Below, in pieces: positions 38,979 to 49,579 of a stretch of DNA of 64,000 nt. Position 1 is the stretch's first letter; the number at the start of each line of letters is the position of its first letter. The notes under the pieces are model-generated. The model was not told the DNA's origin. It did no database searches and saw nothing but the letters and a program-made list of their open reading frames with translations. The stretch is from positions 2,976,001 through 3,040,000 of the forward strand of contig SMSO01000034.1 in assembly GCA_004764695.1 (NCBI GenBank). The letters are read 5' to 3'. This DNA comes from Schizochytrium sp. TIO01. Taxonomy: Eukaryota > Protista > Bigyra: Labyrinthulomycetes. The position numbers and the translations under genes were made by a program.

Positions 38979-41900
38979 CTATAGATGGCTGCTCAATTTT
39001 AGCATCACCTTTAGCAGCATCGCCAGTAGATCTCACCCTCCAAAACAAATAAAGCTCAATCAGAATGGTCGCACACGCATAAATCGCGGCAATACACCCT
39101 ATGGCGATCACAGCATCCCGGAGGGCGTCAGCATTTGTCACAACATAACTTTGAAGTAAACCTGCAAATCCAAGTAACAATAGAAGCAGCAGCATGACTT
39201 GTGCAAACACTTGGTTGGAAAGAAAAATAGATTCTCCAGGCAAGGTCACATATGGCTTCGCACCTTGCACCAAAAGAACAAAAAATACAACGCAAGCTGT
39301 GAAAGCAATAACTGCTATTTCTGCATGGGCTTGAGTAACCAACACAAATCCAGAGGTGAGTAAAAAACGCCTTAAAAGTTCAACGCTTTCATAGAAGCCT
39401 AGATTTGGTTTGTAGGGTTCCCACAAAAAACTTGACGCCTTGGTCCAAACTTCACCGAGCTGCTTATGCTTGTACCAAAGTCCCCAGAAGATCACTGCAA
39501 TGCCGATGGGGTAGACAACAATCATGATTCCAGCGTAAACACGGTACGCGTGGCTTTCAAAGGTTGACACATCGATAGTGGGGTCAGCTGCTAAAGCTTC
39601 ATAAGGAGTTTCATCACCAACATATCGATCAAAAGATTGATACAGGAAAGTACGGATAATGTTCGAAGAAACGCTCGGATATACTACAAAGAGAAGCTCC
39701 AAGCTAATCCAAATTGCCCATCCCAGAGCCTTATCGTAATGGCCTCTCCAGCGAAAGAGCTGTGTAGTTATCACCATGCTTAGTAGCACTCCCAACGGCC
39801 ACAGAGTCGCGGCCAAAAGTTTGGTGTAGAAATTTACTTGCAAAGGTGAGCATCCAATATTGAACAGATGGAGAAATGACCCCATATCTAACGAAGATAC
39901 CGTGCTCAAGGCTGCACCATCAGTTTCGAGAATTGAAGTCGTAGTAATGAACTGGTTATAAATCTGTAAAAACACAAGCGAAAGTCGAATTTTCACTGAC
40001 ACTTTGATGAAATAAGTCATAGAGGAGCCGCATGTGTTGAGCAATTCGTCAAGAGCTCCGCAAAACCACGAAGACTCGTTCTCTTGTTTCTCCTTCTCGA
40101 CTGTTTTGGCCTTTTTGGCTCCAGAATAAGCAACAATGCATGCTGGAATGAGGCCAACTACACCAATCACAATAATCCAAGCAATAGTCAGCAGTTCATC
40201 AGTATGAGCTGCTTCTTCAGTACATTCTTCACAAACTCCTGAGCTGCGGATGCCGTAATTGTTAATGCACTCAGAACATAAGATTCCTGTATGAAAGTCT
40301 GTGCAATACACATCAGCATCTGATGTATTAAAGCCGCTAAGAAGCCGGCTGTGCTGAGAGGCCTTTTGTGATACCTTTGAAGGGTTGCAGTACAGAGTAT
40401 CTGCGCACTCCTGAACATCTAAAGTATTTAGTGTTATTCTCCAGAAACCTTTCACTAACGGCAGTGTATCAATTTCTAAGCCAGTCGTTGTACAATTTAA
40501 CGAGTTAGCGGGGAACATGTCATCCTCGCAGGAGATTGCTTCACTTGTGCTGGGATTGTAAAATGTTCCGGAGCTTGCCAAACATTCCGACAGCGATGTT
40601 GAGCCCTCTTTGAGAGTCACAGGTCTAGACACGGGGCACTGAATACAAGCGACTGAGCTTCCATTATTGTAAAACCCATTCTCGCATAGTGTGCAGTTTT
40701 CGGAGGTAAGTTGTTCGTATCCAGCTTCGCAATTGCTCAAAGCAATACACTCAGTGCTTCCGGTTTCATATGTAGCCGTAGAATTTTCGCAGGGGATGCA
40801 TGCTTCAACGCCATAGCTAGATTTATAACTGCCAAGTGCGCAGGGAGAACATTGATTGTCCACGAGCTCAAATCCAGGCTCACATGTGCATTCAGTGGAT
40901 TCCACATCCTCTGTGACCATACCACCTGTACAACTTTCGCATGAAGACAAACCGTAATCGCCCTTGAATGTGTTTTTTCGGCAAGCCTGACATGTCGTAC
41001 CGTCAAACCCGTATCCAGGATAGCAACCACATGAAAGCGAAGAGCTTGATGGATCGGCAACAAAATTACCTGTGCACTGACACTCATCGGCGGTAGGAAA
41101 AGTGAAATTGTTCGTTGCTTCTGCACTTAAATCTCGAGCTGAGTGTTCTGGACAGGTAAATTCACAATTTTCGCCGTATTGGGTGTCACTGCACGTGGAA
41201 CACTGTGTAGCCCCTTCAGAAAACGTTGCCTCGCCCTCTGGACAGAGGTTGCACATTTCTGTGCCGTAACCAGATTTAAAGTAGCCAATTTCGCACGCTT
41301 TACATTCACCATCGACGAGTTCATAACCAGGACTGCAAGTGCATGCTTTCGCACCGACATCTGTAGTCACCATACCCCCTGGACATGCCTCACACGAGTC
41401 GAGGCTATACGAATTCGAGTAAAAATTTACTTTGCAGCGCTGGCACGTAGCACTCTCATACTCATAACCAGGAGGGCATACACAAGAAAGTACAGTCAGA
41501 TCTGGATCTGACTGGAAGTTGCCCAGGCAAACACAATCATCCACGGTAGGATATTCGGGGTAGATGAAGGTACCTGCTTCACTGGACCGTAAACTATTTG
41601 CTGGACAAGCAAATTCACAACTGGGCCCATAGTGAGAGGAGTCACACTGCTCACACATTGCACCAGAATAGTTTCCAGTGCAACTGCAGACTCCTGCTGC
41701 AAACGATGGTGAAGATAGCTCGAAGTTTGCTCTTGCAGTCTCAAAAATTCCCGAACTGAGAATTTGTGATGATGTCGCATAGCCTTCTTCGCCACAGGTA
41801 CCTCTTGCTCCAGAGCAACTCGTTGCACAGTCTGCAGCTGTATTTTCGAAAAGGATAGGTGCGCCACTGGCATGGGAAACCCAAAGGTCGAGATCGCCAT

Positions 41901-43959
41901 CGCCGTCAGTGTCGGCAACTATAGGTTGAGTTTCTGAGAGCCTCGACTGATCACTTGCATAGTTTTCAAAAACATCAGCAATATCTTCAACCTTTGAAAC
42001 GTCAAAGGAGGGAGCGCTACTATTTCCTTCGTTCACGATTACACGAATGAAGTTAGTAGCTGACCCAAGGAGGAGATCTAAATCACCATCACTATCATAG
42101 TCAAACAACGCAATATATGGACTACCACCATGCAAAGAAAAAGCGATTTCTGTGTCTTCACCAAACAAATTATTTGATGACTGTGTAAGGGTGTGCTTGG
42201 TGTAATCAATATCAAAAGAAACAATAGCTCCTGATTCCCACTTTACACTATAGGCTTTCATACCGTTGCCGTCAAGGTCTCCAAAAGTCAACGCAATTCC
42301 TTCATTAACTTTGATCTTGAAAGTATTCAGCTTATCCCATGTCCCAGTTTCCGAATTCTGTTCGAACCACACAGCTGGGCTTGAGGGTTCACCATAATAG
42401 GACGTTCTGGTGATAACAACTGCTTGAAGGGGATCTTCAGAGGATTGTTGAGGTAGAATGTTGACATGAGGAATACCTTGAAAAGTCATTTGATAAAAGG
42501 GGTTCTCCAAAGAGCTAGAGCCGAAGTGTGTGAATAATGTTGCCGGACCATCATTACGAAAGTAATGAACAGTGTAGTCTTTATAGTCTCCTACGAATGC
42601 ATCCAAATCACCATCACCATCGACATCTGCGAATGACAAAGTAATGTAAGTGTTTGCAGAAATAATAATGTAGTCAGCAATGTGATCTAAAGGGCTTGCG
42701 CTTATTTCTCCTTTGGTAGTTACGTCGACGAATTTATTTTTATTCTCAGTGGTACTACGCCATCGCTCGATTAGACTATCTTCTCTTCCAAGATAAAGAT
42801 CCATAGAGTTTTTGTTATGCAAATCTGCGAAGGTAAAGGATCTTGAACAGGCACCATCCAAAAAATAGCCGTCGCAACTTCCGGACTCGAGTTTTGGAAA
42901 ATCACTGAGCGGGTTTACAGAGTCGCCCGCAAGCTCGAACTTTGGTGCAAAAAGTGTTCCCGTGTTCTGAAATAAAAATGTATTTCGCGGCGTGCTGATG
43001 GCGACAATATCTAAAAGACCGTCGTTGTTAACATCCATAAGCCCGAGGGATGATACTTTTCCGATTGAATTATCAAGGAATGTAACATTGTCCGGATCAA
43101 ATAAAGGATTTGTTGAATTTCCAATGTTGGTGTATATAGACACTGTCGTTCCTGAAATAATGCACACGACATCGTAGTCACCGTCGTTGTCAATGTCCTC
43201 AAGGTAGATGTTGTCAAATAGATTTTCAAACATGTAAGCATTATCGAAGTTCCTGAAAGGATCCATTGAGGACGATGTTTCTACTTCAGTGAAACTTCCG
43301 CCATTATTGATCCACAGATAAGGCCTCTGTATAGGCGTGCCACGTATGTTACGACGAGCGCCAAACAACATATCTGGATCCCCATCCCCATCGAGATCCG
43401 CCATATCAAAAAACACATTGACTTTGCCTTCTCCCTCTAGACCGGCATCTGCCTTACCAACTCCATCAAATGGATAAAGACTCTTCAAAGCACCTGTAGA
43501 CTCTTGTGTGATCAACTCAAATTCGGGAGCAGTGTCAGTGCCAATATTGTGATAATACAGTAGGCCAACTTTTTTGTCTAACGTTGATCCTGTGGTGATA
43601 ACATCCAGCAAACCATCATTATCGACGTCCCTGATTCGAATGAATGCCCCGTTCAATATAGTTTCAAAAGTTGTCACATAATCTTTCAGAGGATTATCGT
43701 TTGTGAGTATGAAACGAGTGTTTGCACCATAGACTAGTCGGCAGGCTCCTCGTCCTGGTCCAGTCTTTCCATCTGCGCTTTGGAAATTATCAAAACAAGA
43801 CCCACACGGAAAGCTCGTGTCATTAGTTGCTTTGTGTCGTCCTTGCAGCTCGCAGAGTCTGTCCAGGTCTTGATCTAGCGTAGCAAGTTGGGCATCCACA
43901 CAAGTTTGCGTTATGACTTGCGCTAACACAGCTACGAGTATTGCGAGAGCTGCCTTCAT
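38962..43959 (-). CDS. Large receptor-like membrane protein: signal peptide, FG-GAP/VCBS Ca-binding repeats, EGF and GCC2/GCC3 (ephrin-receptor-like) Cys-rich repeats, multi-pass TM C-terminus; the true C-terminus may extend to 38664
   Basis: Signal peptide MKAALAILVAVLAQ from ATG 43959; about 9 DxDxDG-type motifs (DVDNDGLLD, DLDGDGDPD, DIDNDGDYD, DVDGDGDLD, DTDGDGDLD etc.); CxxCxxGxYK repeats; GFWR motif; 7-8 hydrophobic helices with FLWEPYK...ESVELLRRFLL. Confidence 0.9.
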   Translation of the reverse strand: MKAALAILVAVLAQVITQTCVDAQLATLDQDLDRLCELQGRHKATNDTSFPCGSCFDNFQSADGKTGPGRGACRLVYGANTRFILTNDNPLKDYVTTFETILNGAFIRIRDVDNDGLLDVITTGSTLDKKVGLLYYHNIGTDTAPEFELITQESTGALKSLYPFDGVGKADAGLEGEGKVNVFFDMADLDGDGDPDMLFGARRNIRGTPIQRPYLWINNGGSFTEVETSSSMDPFRNFDNAYMFENLFDNIYLEDIDNDGDYDVVCIISGTTVSIYTNIGNSTNPLFDPDNVTFLDNSIGKVSSLGLMDVNNDGLLDIVAISTPRNTFLFQNTGTLFAPKFELAGDSVNPLSDFPKLESGSCDGYFLDGACSRSFTFADLHNKNSMDLYLGREDSLIERWRSTTENKNKFVDVTTKGEISASPLDHIADYIIISANTYITLSFADVDGDGDLDAFVGDYKDYTVHYFRNDGPATLFTHFGSSSLENPFYQMTFQGIPHVNILPQQSSEDPLQAVVITRTSYYGEPSSPAVWFEQNSETGTWDKLNTFKIKVNEGIALTFGDLDGNGMKAYSVKWESGAIVSFDIDYTKHTLTQSSNNLFGEDTEIAFSLHGGSPYIALFDYDSDGDLDLLLGSATNFIRVIVNEGNSSAPSFDVSKVEDIADVFENYASDQSRLSETQPIVADTDGDGDLDLWVSHASGAPILFENTAADCATSCSGARGTCGEEGYATSSQILSSGIFETARANFELSSPSFAAGVCSCTGNYSGAMCEQCDSSHYGPSCEFACPANSLRSSEAGTFIYPEYPTVDDCVCLGNFQSDPDLTVLSCVCPPGYEYESATCQRCKVNFYSNSYSLDSCEACPGGMVTTDVGAKACTCSPGYELVDGECKACEIGYFKSGYGTEMCNLCPEGEATFSEGATQCSTCSDTQYGENCEFTCPEHSARDLSAEATNNFTFPTADECQCTGNFVADPSSSSLSCGCYPGYGFDGTTCQACRKNTFKGDYGLSSCESCTGGMVTEDVESTECTCEPGFELVDNQCSPCALGSYKSSYGVEACIPCENSTATYETGSTECIALSNCEAGYEQLTSENCTLCENGFYNNGSSVACIQCPVSRPVTLKEGSTSLSECLASSGTFYNPSTSEAISCEDDMFPANSLNCTTTGLEIDTLPLVKGFWRITLNTLDVQECADTLYCNPSKVSQKASQHSRLLSGFNTSDADVYCTDFHTGILCSECINNYGIRSSGVCEECTEEAAHTDELLTIAWIIVIGVVGLIPACIVAYSGAKKAKTVEKEKQENESSWFCGALDELLNTCGSSMTYFIKVSVKIRLSLVFLQIYNQFITTTSILETDGAALSTVSSLDMGSFLHLFNIGCSPLQVNFYTKLLAATLWPLGVLLSMVITTQLFRWRGHYDKALGWAIWISLELLFVVYPSVSSNIIRTFLYQSFDRYVGDETPYEALAADPTIDVSTFESHAYRVYAGIMIVVYPIGIAVIFWGLWYKHKQLGEVWTKASSFLWEPYKPNLGFYESVELLRRFLLTSGFVLVTQAHAEIAVIAFTACVVFFVLLVQGAKPYVTLPGESIFLSNQVFAQVMLLLLLLLGFAGLLQSYVVTNADALRDAVIAIGCIAAIYACATILIELYLFWRVRSTGDAAKGDAKIEQPSIDPNDG
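40741..41646 (-). repeat. Intragenic tandem duplication: two 453-bp (151-aa) cysteine-rich modules
   Basis: CDSSHYGPSCEFACP... starts at 41646 and CSDTQYGENCEFTCP... at 41193, with collinear cysteines. Confidence 0.9.
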
Positions 43960-46067
43960 TTGCAGTATATGTGTTGTTGCCGCAGTGAATGACAAACAAT
44001 TCTTCTCAACGATTCTTCGCGACCCGACCTCCTCTCTGCAGCACAAATTCACCCTTCGAGGGAGCCACGTTAATTGAGTAATCGGTGATCGATCAGCCCA
44101 ATTACGCTACAGCAGGCCAGCCAGGCAATAACGCCAAATTTACCTGCTTGGACCTCTGCCTCAGCCAGATAGCCCTGCCAGGGGCGCTGGTGCCGAGTTG
44201 GTGTTTGTTTGTTTGTTTCTGTGTTTGTTTGTTTCTTTGCCGGGTAGTAGGTAGGTGTGCTCCCTTTAAGGTTTTGCCACCATTCTGAATCAATGCAAGC
44301 AAGCATGCATGTATGCATGAGTGAGTGAGTACCTAGCTACCTACCCACGTCTACACTCCCTTATGCAAGTGTAGCCAAGCGCTACCCATGTGCAATGCAT
44401 TCACAATCAAACAAATAAAACAGCCACGCGTCAACTTCCAATTCAAGGCACTCAATGGCAAGCATGAGGAGGTTCTTCGAGCTTGGCCGAATCGAGGGCC
44501 AGCCAGGCTCATCAACCATGCTCGTCAACACCAACAACCAGCACCTCCAGAGCAGGCCAGGCCTGCTGCGAAGGCAACCGAACAAGCACCCAACTAACCC
44601 CGACTGAAGCTGCACGCAATTAATTCAATGGAGTTCACCTGCCTCCGTCAGAGACCAATGGATGGGTGGATGTCTGTCAATCACGCCTGATCGACTGCTT
44701 CGGATTCCGACGCCTTGAAAGCCGCTGTCGAAGCAATTGCAGATGAAGTAATATTGAAGTCAACAACTAACTCAGCAGCAAGCGAACACATACATAAATA
44801 AATGTGCGGAGCGGGTCGGATCTATCGCAAAGCGAGCGAGCGCCTTGCGTCCGGCACCCATCACCGGCGACTTGGGCATTTCGCAGCAGGCTTGCTTGCT
44901 TGCTTTCCTTCCTTCGGCCGCAGCGAAGGAGGAACCCTTTCCATGAAAGTTAGTTCTATCATCTGTCGCGTGCCAATCAATCGATCGATCGATCGCTCAA
45001 TCAATCGATTGCTTTCGCAAGTTCCCGCCCATCACACAGACCCGTGCACGCGCTGTGGGAGCATGGGACCATGCATAGAACTACGCTGCGGGAAAAAAAA
45101 CGATCGCTGCGGGAAATTCCTGATCTACTGCAGGGGCGCTGCGGGGGGAAACAAGTCCGGGTACGCGGCTACGGGGGCAGGGTGGGAGTCTTCGAGTTAG
45201 GGGCTGCAGGGGCTCGAGAGCGAAAGAAATCAATCAATCTGCGGACCGCGAGGACCCCTCGAAAGAAGTCACGCGAAGTGGGCATCGCTCGTCTTTGGAG
45301 CTCTTGCGCGGCATCGTCTTTGGCCCATAGATCCCTTGGCTTAAGTCCACGCAATGGCTCGCCTGAAGCAGGAAATTGCAGCAATTGCCCGTGTAATGAT
45401 GGCTGACAACAATGACCTTTAATGACGATGGTGACGATAACTATTAACTCCTCGAGCCTGCGTCAAAAGTGGAGCCAAGACAACCGACCTTCGGTAAATG
45501 CTTGTGTGTTCTATTCGCAGGTTGAGGCTCGAGGTACTACTTTCAGAGCCTGACTTGAGCTGGCCTGGCGCCGTTACTTCAATGATCGACGTGGTGAAGA
45601 AACACACAAATAAACGAACGAACTCGATGTGATGAGTTTGGGATAGAATCGTGTCCCAAAGCAGGCGATGATATCACATGAGCGAGCCTCGTAAGAGAGC
45701 GAGTGCTGAGTTTGCGAACCTTCGATCAACTGCCTTCAACTTCGTCGGCTCTGGCTCTGGAAATGAATTACAGTTGGCGCGAAAGAGATCTTGAACGTCC
45801 AAAGATAACGTGGCAGGTAATGGAGACTTACTTTGGTCACGTGACAGGCAGGTAAGTTATTCATTGGGGAGTGGCGACCACCCGAAGATCCACGGACCAG
45901 GACGTTCGTTGTGAGTAACTCCTGCTGCTTCTCCTCACTCGATTCGAGTTGCTCGGCACCTGGACTTCAAGCCGAAGCGCGTGTTGTCCTTGAAAGCTGT
46001 CCAAGGTAATAGGTGCCTAGGTGCTGTACGTTTACAACAACTTGGAACAAATGTGTGTACTGACGAT

Positions 46068-46175
46068 GCAGGCTTTGGACAACGCAGGCTCTGGACAACG
46101 CAAACTCTTCAGATTCTGGACAACGCAAACTCTTCAGATTCTGGACAACGCAAACTCTTGGACAACGCAATCTTC
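46068..46175. repeat. Complex tandem repeat with five TGGACAACGCA cores
   Basis: Cores at 46076, 46092, 46117, 46142 and 46159; two identical 25-bp units. Confidence 0.93.
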
Positions 46176-49100
46176 ATTGTGATTTAACTGCCGATATGTA
46201 CCTACTTAAGTACTAGATACCTATAGTAGAGGCTGCAAATCAGGCCATCAACTCGCTCGAGTTCTTACCTTGATTGGAGCACCTTTGACAAATATAAGTG
46301 TAAGTGGAATGCAAAGCTAATCTCTTTCACATCTGGTTTTATATGTTTACAAACTTGGAGTGCCGTTCATGGCGAATAGCTACCATGGCAGTATCGAAGA
46401 GACTTCCACTTGTCAATACATTAGTAGCAAAGAGATCAATGATGGCACATCTCAACGTTCTTGTCTTTTTTATAATAGCAAAGAGACAGTACCCCAGAGT
46501 AGGTATCCTATTGGAGTCATGATGACTTGGTCACACATGACACTGACGTGCAAGATTTTGTTGATATTTAATTCCTTTCTTTCTCTCTTCTCTCTTAACA
46601 CAGCTAGAGACGAGCACTCTATGCCCGGAGCCATGATTTGAGGAGTAAATAACATGCAGTACATTAAAACGTATACTAATACGTGAGATCATTATATATA
46701 TATATTCCCGTATAAAAAGAAAGTTATCTGAGGAACATGGCAGAGGCCATTTTTCACTCTCACTAGAGTCAGAAGTTAATCCATTCACTCCATTATGTTC
46801 AAATGGGGTAGAAACAATCTATTCAAGCCAAAACATATCCCTCAGGTTATAGTTGCTGATTTCTTTCCAATTTATAGTCATGACCTCGGCCCAATGCTTG
46901 ACTCAATCCATGCACTCTTCCCACTGTATACTACTACCAGTGTTGCTGCAGAGCTCTAGAGAATCTTGCCATCCAAGCGATTTGTAGTGTCTTCTGAACT
47001 CAGTAAAGAAGAGTACATCGCAGCAGCAGAATAGTCGTATGCTTTTTTCCTAGCCCTGATGATGGTAATATGTAGCAATGGTAGGTGCTGCAAGGCAAAA
47101 ACGTTTGAGTCCAGTGCTTAATTTCTTAAAGATCGGCGTCGAACTAGATCGTCCCTCAAGTAGAACATTCAGCTGATGCTACAAGATCAACAAGTTCATG
47201 GAGTGATATCACCAAATCGATACCAACGACGTCATGGCTGCGTCACGATGAATCCGATCTCGCAGTATTCAATGACAACCAACGGCCGTGGTTTTGCGCA
47301 GGTGATTCAGTCTGGTGAAAGCCACGAAATTGCCAAACTCAGCAACCGCCGTTGCAATCGATTTCCGAGTCTTCCTCTTGTCGTTTTTTTTTTTTGGTAA
47401 ATATAACTAACTGCCAATATTATGCATGATAAATTGATTCAACTGCTGATCACTTGCATGCTGTGTCCAGCATCTCTCATGTTCTGTGGATGATGAAGAG
47501 CTTGCTCGTGTCCGTATCAATGATCCCTATAAGAATGAATCTTAATGTTTCTGTGGGTCAATCTTCTTGGCATACAATTTAGCAGACTTCAATTGGAGAC
47601 GTATGGCGCAATCATCGCTTGCAGTAGTGCCATTCATAGCGGTTTTACTAATAAAGTGCATCCAATATTTTAAGCCTTCATAACAAGCTCAGTAGCGCGT
47701 TTTCTGTATGTAGCCATCCCATCGAAAATGACAGACAACAATCACCACTTGGACTACGGCGCCGCTTCTGGCCTCGAGCTGGTCTTGAATACATATATAT
47801 ATATACTGCTGCGTCTCGACCCTCAAGCAGCCAGCCACCAGGCGCCGGGAGGTTTTTCATTCCTCCCTACCTTGTCTTTTCATCATGCCTGCCACAAATT
47901 GTAAAACCCAAGAATCGAAGCAATCTATCCGCATGGCAACAACGATAAAGGTCTTGGAAACGACAGCCTGGAGGCACTACTTACTCCGTGTTGGTATCAA
48001 TGACAGCTCCAAGAGCTTCTTTCTTTTGCCCTGAAGTAGACAGGTATTCACTAATGAATGACAGACAGTCAGGTATTTATTACTTCATAAGTACTTGTGC
48101 GAAACTCTTAAAGGACAACTTTTAAGTGCGAATCACGAATCATCGTGAAATCTTCATACATACCGTCATCATGGTGGCCATGGCGAGGTGTAAAGAGGTA
48201 GGCAGGTACCTGACAGGTAGTTCGCGACGAAAGACATTCTAGCTAGCAGCATCGGCATCAGTCTTCAGTTTCAGAAAAGCTAAGAGATCCTGCAGTTAGG
48301 CAATTGTAAGTTTGTTTCATCAGGCCGTGAGCGATTCGTAATTTGCATCGTGAGTTTCTCACGTGTGGTTTCTCAGCATCAGGAATGATGTCAAGACTTT
48401 GGAGCCACCGCTAGCAAGGTTTGCGCTGTACACAACAGCGGCACGATAATAAGCCCCACGATTGTCCTGCAAGCGCTTGAGAATGCTCAGCCAGACCTGG
48501 TAAATGACACCTAATACAGCTGGCACAATCAAAACTTTTCGGACTGTGCACACAAATCAAATTCTGCTCGAGATATCTACTTCTGCAATCGGCGAATGTA
48601 ACAACACATCTTGCTTGATGTCCTTGAAGGTACAACGCAACAACTACCTTCCAAGGTGAAGCATACTGCTGCTCTCTCTCGCGACGACCCTTTGGACACA
48701 AATGCTTCGCCTGAAAAACCAAATGCTTCGCCTGTATGATGACGGCAGCATTAGAATGGACACAGCTTTAGGACTGCCAACCAGCTCCACCATACACAGC
48801 TTTCGATGATTCGATTCTTCAAACTTATAGTACCTAGGTACCTACCCACGTCGAGAATCTTCTTCTGCAAACTTGAGACTTTGGCACACGTTCACACACC
48901 CCGTTTTTTGCGCAGTCGAAGAATGAAGCTGCTGCCAAGTGGCATTCATTCATTACCACGGCCCAAACTTCTTCAATGAAGAACTTTGCAAAGCTACTTT
49001 CTCCTCACTTTGGGCAAGCTCACCTTCCACCTTCAAGTGGCTTGCGAGGTATAAAGGTTACTACTTCCTTCTGCTGCCATTGTCCACTGCCGTGACTGAC

Positions 49101-49553
49101 TGTTGCTTCAAGCTCTGCTCCAAGACGGCATCTACTGCTCAATACATTCCACCAAACTCTGGAGATACCATCTCCAGCAGAGATGCTGCTTAAGTTCATC
49201 GTCGTGATGAGGCCGGCCGTCTCCTCCACCGTCTCAGCGCTGAGCCCTCTCATACTATCTCTAAATGAAACTTATGAATGAATGTACGAATGAATTGATT
49301 CTGTAAACCACAGAAACAGCCAAACGCAGAAATCCCGAGCTGTTGCAATTGCATATTTTGTACTGCTATATGGCACGAGTTCACGAAGGAGAAGGTAGGT
49401 AGTAAGTAGGTGTCTCTACTCTGCTGCCTCCGCAATCATCGGTCGCACTATTCTTCGCCTCACGTGCCATTTTTGGTGCAAGCCCTCAAATCCCCTCTGC
49501 AAAAGCTCACATTCTTATATGAAAAATAAATATAAAAAAGAAAGAGACGAAGC

Positions 49554-49579
49554 TTTTTTTTTTTTTTTTTTTTTTTTTT
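49554..49579. repeat. Poly(T) tract of about 26 nt in an AT-rich island
   Basis: Directly visible. Confidence 0.9.

Noticed and set aside
44388-44597. GPARLINHA resembling the SET-domain ARFINHxC motif
   Set aside because: No following Cys or ELxxDY motif; 69-aa ORF with a non-ATG start
46068-46175. CRISPR-like repeat-spacer array
   Set aside because: Core is only 11 bp, linkers are short and mutually derived, no cas genes, eukaryotic context
48699-48734. 15-bp direct repeat CAAATGCTTCGCCTG x2
   Set aside because: Simple local tandem duplication with a 21-bp period; no element between the copies
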